DNA of 64,000 bases, taken from an uncultured Planctomycetia bacterium (GTDB lineage: Bacteria > Omnitrophota > Gorgyraeia > Gorgyraeales > Gorgyraeaceae). Position numbers and translations under genes: made by a program. Below are positions 58,925 to 64,000 of this stretch, piece by piece (position 1 is the stretch's first letter; every line of letters starts with the position of its first letter). The notes beneath the pieces are model-generated. The model had not been told where the DNA came from and did not search any database. It saw nothing but the letters and a program-made list of their open reading frames with translations. The stretch covers positions 33,426 through 97,425 of the forward strand of contig CAZZAL010000002.1 in the NCBI GenBank assembly GCA_964652265.1, given 5' to 3'.

Positions 58925-58970
58925 CTTCATAAACTATTTTGCAAGAAGTACGAAGTCAAAGGGATAAGAG

Positions 58971-59207
58971 ATGATAGAAGTAGAATTTTCGCTGGCGGTT
59001 GCAGCATATCTTGTTTTAGCGATAGTTTCTATCCTGGCATTGTGGATGTTATCTGAGAGAAGAAAGAGACCGGGATTATTTTTGTCGGAGGAGGCCTTTT
59101 TCTGGCAGTGCAATATCTGTACGCATGTATATGTAGACAGTAAGCACAGCGCGATTTCCAAATGTCCCAGATGCGGGAGTTATAATAAAAAAGAGGAGGC
59201 AGTTTAA
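58971..59207 (+). CDS. Small membrane-anchored zinc-ribbon protein
   Basis: 78 aa: a TM helix (LAVAAYLVLAIVSILALWML), a basic stop-transfer segment, then CNIC-x17-CPRC. Confidence 0.55.
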   Translation: MIEVEFSLAVAAYLVLAIVSILALWMLSERRKRPGLFLSEEAFFWQCNICTHVYVDSKHSAISKCPRCGSYNKKEEAV

Positions 59208-59222
59208 CAAAAGGAGGTTTAT

Positions 59223-59471
59223 ATGCCTGAGGAGAAATTGCCGATATCGGCGCCTTTGAAAGTGCTGGAGTACAGGACGATAAGCAAAGGCTTTGGCTGG
59301 TGGTCAGCGACTGTCCTGGTAGAATCATGGGGTAACAGGAGGCTGTGTCTTTATCTATGGCAGAAGTCAGATAAAGGATGGAAGAGGAAGCAAAAATATA
59401 CCATACACAGCCAGGAGCGCTGGAAGTTGATATCAGAGTCAATAGAAGAACTATTAGGGGAATTACAATAA
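59223..59471 (+). CDS. Hypothetical Trp-rich 82-aa protein
   Basis: A strong RBS AAGGAGG ends 6 nt before the ATG. Seven Trp residues (GFGWWSATVLVESWG, LYLWQKSDKGWKRKQKY). No family recognised. Confidence 0.55.
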   Translation: MPEEKLPISAPLKVLEYRTISKGFGWWSATVLVESWGNRRLCLYLWQKSDKGWKRKQKYTIHSQERWKLISESIEELLGELQ

Positions 59472-59510
59472 AAGAAGCCCTTTAAGTGAGCTTAGAAAGG
59501 CCGGGTTATT

Positions 59511-59870
59511 ATGAATAACAAAGGCATAGCCTTTTTTGTAAGCCTTGCTCTAGTATTGTTGCTATCCATGGCCGCGTTTGTATTTTTAGTCAGCGCCTAT
59601 AATTCTAGCAATATCAACGAAAGCCTTCTTAGGAGAGCCCGTGCTATAACCATAGCAGAGGCAGGTATTAACTATGCCTTCTGGAAGATTAGGATTAATG
59701 AAGATGATATCGGCAATCCTATGAGCGGTTACTTCCCTGGTACCTGTACATTGTCTCCCTCTATATCAATTCCTACAGGATGGAGCGTAGAGGTTACGGT
59801 CCAGGATACGGGTACTGACCCCAAAACAGTAAGATCCACGGTTAATTATCCAAAATCTACAGTTTTTTAA
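59511..59870 (+). CDS. PilX_N/GspK-like minor-pilin-like protein (no canonical prepilin cleavage motif)
   Basis: MNNKGIAFFVSLALVLLLSMAAFVFLVSAYNSS...RARAITIAEAGINYA follows the PilX N-terminal pattern (Gly, hydrophobic helix, then A.aaAEAG). Position +5 is Val, not Glu. Confidence 0.5.
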   Translation: MNNKGIAFFVSLALVLLLSMAAFVFLVSAYNSSNINESLLRRARAITIAEAGINYAFWKIRINEDDIGNPMSGYFPGTCTLSPSISIPTGWSVEVTVQDTGTDPKTVRSTVNYPKSTVF

Positions 59871-59888
59871 GCACGTAAGATTGTAAGT

Positions 59889-59935
59889 TTATAAGAACGT
59901 AACTTGTATAGATATAAGTAGTTACGTTCTTATAA
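59889..59935. repeat. 15-bp perfect inverted repeat (terminator and/or operator)
   Basis: TTATAAGAACGTAAC (59889-59903) and GTTACGTTCTTATAA (59921-59935) with a 17-nt loop. An outer ACGTAA (59873-59878) / TTACGT (59946-59951) pair flanks it. A T run at 59943-59947 follows. Confidence 0.6.
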
Positions 59936-59971
59936 TATTATGTTTTTACGTTTCTCTCTATCCCCCCTACC

Positions 59972-60000
59972 TTGACAAAGTAAATTCCTTATGGTATATT
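59972..60000 (+). promoter_or_regulatory. Near-consensus sigma70 promoter of the HTH-pilMNOPQ operon
   Basis: TTGACA (59972-59977), 17 nt spacer, TGgTATATT (hexamer 59995-60000). The RBS GGGGGTG precedes ATG 60044. Confidence 0.6.
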
Positions 60001-60043
60001 TTATTTCACCTAGGTTTAAGTAAATCTATTAGGGGGTGTTATA

Positions 60044-60232
60044 ATGTCTAGGCTTATGGATACAGATGAGTTAGCCAAATATCTAAAGCTTGAGAAACAG
60101 ACCATCTACAACTGGCTTAACCAGAAGAAGATCTCAGGTATAAAGGTGGGCCATGTCTGGAGGTTTGACAAAAAAGCGATCGATAGATGGCTACAATCTC
60201 ATATGGTAGAGGCTAAACCGAAATCAAAATAG
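60044..60232 (+). CDS. Small helix-turn-helix DNA-binding protein (excisionase/MerR-type HTH_17-like)
   Basis: 62 aa: MDTDELAKYLKLEKQTIYNWLNQKKISGIKVGHVWRFDKKAIDRWL is the typical excisionase-family winged HTH. Confidence 0.8.
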   Translation: MSRLMDTDELAKYLKLEKQTIYNWLNQKKISGIKVGHVWRFDKKAIDRWLQSHMVEAKPKSK

Positions 60233-60241
60233 AGTTTTGTT

Positions 60242-61840
60242 ATGAATATTCTTTCACTCAGCAAAAAAATCACAGGTTTGTATATAGGCCATGAGACTGT
60301 GGACCTTGTTGTGTTAAAAGGTACCCTTAGTGGTCCGAAACTTGTCAAATTTGGCCAGACTTACATATACCCCAAAGAAAAACAAGAAGAGGTGTTGCCG
60401 GAGGCAGCAGAGGGTAACACAGTTACGATAGATTCCCAGGCAAAGAAACCAAAACAATCAAGAGATGAGTATATAGTTGAGGCCATAAAGAGGGTCTTCA
60501 GGGAGAACCATGTTAAGCCATCTAGCGTGGTTGCCGCTATCTCCAGCGAAGAGGTCATGATACGTTATTTTCAGATGCCGAAGATACCAAAGCAGGAATG
60601 GTCTCAAGCGGTTAATTTTGAGGCAAAACGGTATATACCTTTTCGCATGGAAGACGTGTCTTCTGATTTTCAGGTGATCCAGGGCAAGGCTGGGGCCAGC
60701 AGCATGGATGTAGTGTTTGCAGCTGTTAAACAAAACACAGTAGAGAATATAGTCAAGCTGGTTGAGCGCGCAGGTGCCAAGCCGGTCATCATAGAGCCAG
60801 CGCCTTTTAGCCTTATCAGGGCCTTTAACGCAGCTGAGCAGATAAGTACCAAGGTAAACACCGCTATTGTTAACATAGATAAAAATACTGCCAATATAGA
60901 CATACTTAGAAACGGAGTTCCTTATATAGTAAGGGACATTATCTTGGACGATGGTATCTCTGAAGAAAGATCACTAGAGCCGATATTCGAAAAGCTGCTT
61001 GCCGAAATAAAACTATCCTTTGATTTTTACGAAAAACAGTTTCCTGCTGAAGTCATAGACAAGATAATCATTCACAGTCAACTACCGCTTGAGAACTGGC
61101 ATGAGCTAGTGGGTAAGGAACTACAGATACCCGTCGAGGTAGGCGATCCTTTGAGAGGCGTAAGGATCAAGAAGGACGTTGTTCCTGCAGGACTTGCTAT
61201 AGCATTTGGGCTGGCTCTGCGAGGTTTGTCAGGACCTTTTATAGATATAAATCTATGCAAAGAAAGGTTACGTGTCTATAAATCAAAGGAGATGTTTTTA
61301 AAGATGGTTTTTATGGAGGCATCAGTCGCTGTATTTTTGTTGATCTTGTTAAGACTTGTATGTATGAAGGCAGTAGCTCCACTGACAAAGGAATTTGACA
61401 AGACAATGTCTGAGAGGCCAAGGGTAGAGGTCAATATAAAAGATGATTCTATAGGAGCGCTGGAGCGGATGAAGAATAGCATGGACGCGAAAAAAAATCT
61501 GCTCGCAAATATCATCTCAAGAAGAAGTTATGTTACTAAAGGCATGATAGATTTTGCAGAGTTGGTGTCTGATAATATATGGCTGACTGAGGTGAATTTT
61601 GAAGAAAAGGTAGGAAAGAAGGATGTTTCCAAGATCTCGAGACACCTTAATATAAAAGGTTATTGCCTTATAGATGGCGAGACGAGCGAGACAGATACTA
61701 TTAATAATTTCTTGATGGATTTAAAAGAGAGTGACATGATAAAAAAGAGGATGCGTAGGGCTGATATCGTGTCAGTTGAGAAGGCAAAGATAGAGGGCGA
61801 AAACGTAGCCAGGTTCGAGATCGTGTTTACAGGACCGTAA
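60242..61840 (+). CDS. pilM: Type IV pilus assembly protein PilM fused to a PilN-like TM/periplasmic domain (GspL-like architecture)
   Basis: N-terminal actin-like ATPase fold (GLYIGHETVDLVVL, VNFEAKRYIPFRMEDV, DIDKNTANIDIL), then a TM helix (MEASVAVFLLILLRLVCM) and an about 170-aa C-terminal domain ending VARFEIVFTG. Confidence 0.75.
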   Translation: MNILSLSKKITGLYIGHETVDLVVLKGTLSGPKLVKFGQTYIYPKEKQEEVLPEAAEGNTVTIDSQAKKPKQSRDEYIVEAIKRVFRENHVKPSSVVAAISSEEVMIRYFQMPKIPKQEWSQAVNFEAKRYIPFRMEDVSSDFQVIQGKAGASSMDVVFAAVKQNTVENIVKLVERAGAKPVIIEPAPFSLIRAFNAAEQISTKVNTAIVNIDKNTANIDILRNGVPYIVRDIILDDGISEERSLEPIFEKLLAEIKLSFDFYEKQFPAEVIDKIIIHSQLPLENWHELVGKELQIPVEVGDPLRGVRIKKDVVPAGLAIAFGLALRGLSGPFIDINLCKERLRVYKSKEMFLKMVFMEASVAVFLLILLRLVCMKAVAPLTKEFDKTMSERPRVEVNIKDDSIGALERMKNSMDAKKNLLANIISRRSYVTKGMIDFAELVSDNIWLTEVNFEEKVGKKDVSKISRHLNIKGYCLIDGETSETDTINNFLMDLKESDMIKKRMRRADIVSVEKAKIEGENVARFEIVFTGP

Positions 61841-61847
61841 TTTACGG

Positions 61848-62408
61848 ATGGGTTATATGGCAAAAAAAATCGTGAAGAAAAAAATAAATAAACTTGTAGT
61901 AATAAGCGCCGTAATAGTCAGTCTTACTCTTTTTATAGCAGTGGTGCTTATCTACTTGCCGTTTTTAAATAAGACTAAATCTTTGAGGCAGGGTATATTA
62001 AAGGAGAGGGAAAAGAATATCCTCATAGGAAAGGTAAGGGCGCTGGGTAAGCATTTAAAGGTCTACAAGAAGCAGATACCTAAGGGCAGGGGCGTTTCAT
62101 GGCTTATAAGTGCGATTTCTGATATGGCGTTAAAAGAAGGGATAGAGGTATCTTCTATTAAACCAGGCGCGCCAGGAGACAGGAAGTTATATACTAAATT
62201 GCATGTAGTGCTCGAGACTGTTTCTACATACGAGCAGCTTGGTAATTTTATAGCAAGGATCGAGTCTTCAGAGAAGTTTTTAAGGGTGGAGAATATTGAA
62301 ATAAAAAGGCTTGATCTTGATGGAGATTTTGACGAGGGTGGTACAAAGTTTGAGGCATTTGACGTAAAGGGAGATATCGTAATAAGCACGATTGCCTTGA
62401 AAGAGTAG
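61848..62408 (+). CDS. pilO: PilO/GspM-like pilus assembly protein
   Basis: Basic N-terminus, a TM helix (LVVISAVIVSLTLFIAVVLIYL), a coiled-coil, then YTKLHVVLETVSTYEQLGNFIARIESSEKFLRVENIEIKR, typical of the PilO C-terminal domain. The start may be Met 61857. Confidence 0.6.
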   Translation: MGYMAKKIVKKKINKLVVISAVIVSLTLFIAVVLIYLPFLNKTKSLRQGILKEREKNILIGKVRALGKHLKVYKKQIPKGRGVSWLISAISDMALKEGIEVSSIKPGAPGDRKLYTKLHVVLETVSTYEQLGNFIARIESSEKFLRVENIEIKRLDLDGDFDEGGTKFEAFDVKGDIVISTIALKE

Positions 62409-62416
62409 GGAAAAAG

Positions 62417-62902
62417 ATGGCTGATGTGGATTTGAAAAAACAACAGATGGAATATATAGGCATAGGACTTCTAGTCCTGGTGGCATTTTTTATAGGCGTT
62501 GCCCGGTTCAAGAAGAAAGGCAATGGTGACGAAGTTTTTTCCAGGAAAGAATTTAATAAAGAATGGGCAGAGGTAGAGATCTTAGAGAAGAAGGTACCGA
62601 AGGAAGATAAAAAGATAGCGTATGTGACTTACTCTGACAGGATTCCGTTCAAGGGCCCATTTGAAGGGGAATTGACTACAGAGACATCTGGGGTCGATGT
62701 AATGCTTCCTTCGATGACATTCCAGGGTATGATCTGGAGTAGCGAGAGACCACAGGTAATAATAGATAATAATGTATACGATATAGGCGATGTCATAGTC
62801 ATAGGCTCAGGTGAGACTGCGGATGAAATAAAGATAAAAAATATAGATAAGCAAGGCATACATTTGAGATATAAAGGAGTGGAGTTTTTAAAAAGACCGT
62901 AA
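62417..62902 (+). CDS. PilP/GspC-like protein (TM anchor plus small beta domain)
   Basis: A TM helix (IGIGLLVLVAFFIGV) and a C-terminal segment FQGMIWSSERPQVIIDNNVYDIGDVIV...IKIKNIDKQGIHLRYKG resembling the PilP/GspC HR domain. It sits between pilO-like and the secretin. Confidence 0.4.
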   Translation: MADVDLKKQQMEYIGIGLLVLVAFFIGVARFKKKGNGDEVFSRKEFNKEWAEVEILEKKVPKEDKKIAYVTYSDRIPFKGPFEGELTTETSGVDVMLPSMTFQGMIWSSERPQVIIDNNVYDIGDVIVIGSGETADEIKIKNIDKQGIHLRYKGVEFLKRP

Positions 62903-62919
62903 TAAAAAGGAGGTTGGAA

Positions 62920-64000
62920 ATGAAGATTATGAGATCAGTTTTTGCGGTGGTACTTATGCTTTTTATGTCGTCACCTTCTATAGCTAGCGACGGAAATTAT
63001 GGCGTGTCTGGTAAAGCAGGGCCAGTGCTTGAAAATCTTGTTTCCATGGATTTTCAGGATGCAAACCTGAAGACCGTGCTTAAGATATTCTCGCAGCAGT
63101 CAGGCCTGAATTTTGTCGCAAGTCAGAATGTAGAAGATAGGACTGTCACTATTTATTTTGATAGTGTTACAGTAGAGGACGCCTTAAGTTACATCATGAG
63201 CGCGAACAGCCTTGTCTATGAACAGGATCCGGGCAGCAGCATTTTTATAGTCAAGGAATCCGGGAAACCGGCTATTGAAACATTGACAAAGATATACGAG
63301 TTAAAATATGCCCAGTTGTCCCCTCCTCCCACAGAAGAAGGCGCCGAGGAAAAAGATGCAGAGATCGTTTCTGTTATAGAGGGTATTATTTCTGAAAACG
63401 GAAAGATGGTAACAGACAAGAGGTCAAACAGCATTATCATAACAGATGTCCCGAGCCAATTTGCTGTGATTGAGGATGTGTTGGCAAGGCTAGATACGCG
63501 CACCCAGCAAGTCATGGTCGAAGTAGAGATACTTGAGACCTCGACAACTGTTGCTGACAAGTTAGGCATAAGCTGGTCAGGTACATTTGGCGTACTTACA
63601 GGGCCTAATGCTAATACAGTGTGGCCGTTGAGAGGAAAATTCAATAAAGATAGTGCTATAGGAGAAGGCATAGCTACAACGGGCACCTTTGATTTAAGAG
63701 GCATGACTGCTACGTTAAGGGCTATATTGAGCGACACAGATACGAGGATCCTGGCAAGGCCGAAAGTCCTTACCCTAAATAATGAGACAGCAAAGATAGA
63801 ACTTACGGCTGAGACTGCTGTTGCGACCGTGACTACCACGACGGATACAGGAAGCTCTACCTCTACTACGAGCACAGGTGCAGAAAGGATAGATACTGGT
63901 ATAATATTAGAGGTGACACCGCAGATAAATAAGGACGGCTATATAACAATGCACATAGAGCCAAGCGTTACAGTGCCGGTATTATCGACATATTTTAAGA
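62920..64000 (+). CDS. pilQ: Secretin (PilQ/GspD family), 3-prime truncated by window end
   Basis: My translation from ATG 62920 (RBS AAGGAGG) gives a signal peptide MKIMRSVFAVVLMLFMSSPSIAS. It continues with an STN/N0-like segment FQDANLKTVLKIFSQQSGLNFV, an N1 domain NSIIITDVPSQFAVIEDVLARLD, and the secretin core ILARPKVLTLNNETAKI...GIILEVTPQINKDGYITMHIEP. It is open to the window end, so it is absent from the ORF track. Confidence 0.85.
   Translation, partial: MKIMRSVFAVVLMLFMSSPSIASDGNYGVSGKAGPVLENLVSMDFQDANLKTVLKIFSQQSGLNFVASQNVEDRTVTIYFDSVTVEDALSYIMSANSLVYEQDPGSSIFIVKESGKPAIETLTKIYELKYAQLSPPPTEEGAEEKDAEIVSVIEGIISENGKMVTDKRSNSIIITDVPSQFAVIEDVLARLDTRTQQVMVEVEILETSTTVADKLGISWSGTFGVLTGPNANTVWPLRGKFNKDSAIGEGIATTGTFDLRGMTATLRAILSDTDTRILARPKVLTLNNETAKIELTAETAVATVTTTTDTGSSTSTTSTGAERIDTGIILEVTPQINKDGYITMHIEPSVTVPVLSTYFK

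Noticed and set aside
60044-60232. Excisionase-family HTH as a marker of a prophage or integrative element
   Set aside because: There is no integrase, recombinase, phage structural gene, tRNA target or flanking direct repeat in the window. The gene sits 9 nt upstream of pilM behind a dedicated promoter, so a regulatory role is more likely. This cannot be fully excluded without sequence beyond 64000.
63216-63875. 219-aa minus-strand ORF at the right edge, the only ORF-track entry in this region
   Set aside because: The plus strand carries an open secretin reading frame from 62920 to the window end, with a signal peptide, N0/N1 domains and secretin core motifs. The track misses it only because it has no stop in the window. 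The minus-strand ORF is a Val/Ser/Thr-rich shadow.

Overview
This is a compact, about 42-45% GC bacterial chromosomal segment made almost entirely of housekeeping and biosynthetic operons. I found no rRNA, tRNA, CRISPR array, transposase, integrase or obvious defence island. Two genes at the left edge, a prepilin-type pilin and a TPR protein, are on the minus strand. All 67 CDS I call from 1135 to the right edge are on the plus strand, mostly with 0-15 nt spacers or ATGA/TAATG overlaps.

Gene order:
- def-fmt.
- A glycogen/glycolysis unit: two tandem GalT-like HIT genes, gap, glgA, GH57 glucanotransferase, pgk, tpiA, secG.
- A five-gene Opp/Dpp-type ABC importer.
- glgC, a short ArgA-like GNAT, leuCDB, asd, truA.
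- A tightly coupled block of poorly characterised genes: DUF3786-like protein, membrane-anchored alpha/beta hydrolase, basic beta-hairpin-repeat protein, acyl-AMP ligase-ACP-PlsC fusion, polytopic spermidine-synthase-like protein.
- BASS transporter, cupin, Zn-ADH, class I aldolase.
- rplM-rpsI.
- A 16-kb run argCJBDFGH-lysA-dapFABL-folK-panCD-nadA-nadX.
- Two unannotated micro-ORFs followed by a 19-bp hairpin.
- M20 peptidase and uvrA.
- A large TPR protein with ExbB/ExbD/TonB-like genes.
- Three small orphan proteins.
- A consensus promoter driving HTH-pilM/N(fused)-pilO-pilP-like-pilQ, truncated at the window end.

Items most worth follow-up:
1. The GalT-like pair, in which the upstream copy has lost the catalytic His and the NKFPA motif.
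2. The hydrolase / repeat-protein / ligase-ACP-acyltransferase / membrane SpeE-like cassette.
3. A 13-nt motif shared in identical register by the two glycogen promoters.
4. Four operon heads where a -10 box lies 9-11 nt from an ATG with no Shine-Dalgarno sequence.
5. The micro-ORF pair.
6. The nested ACGTAA palindromes and HTH gene at the head of the pilus operon.

Taxonomy cannot be assigned from the sequence alone. The mix of archaeal-type enzymes (GH57, small LeuCD, class IA-like aldolase, DapL, NadX) suggests an uncultivated anaerobe-type lineage. All homology statements are motif recognition by eye, not database searches.
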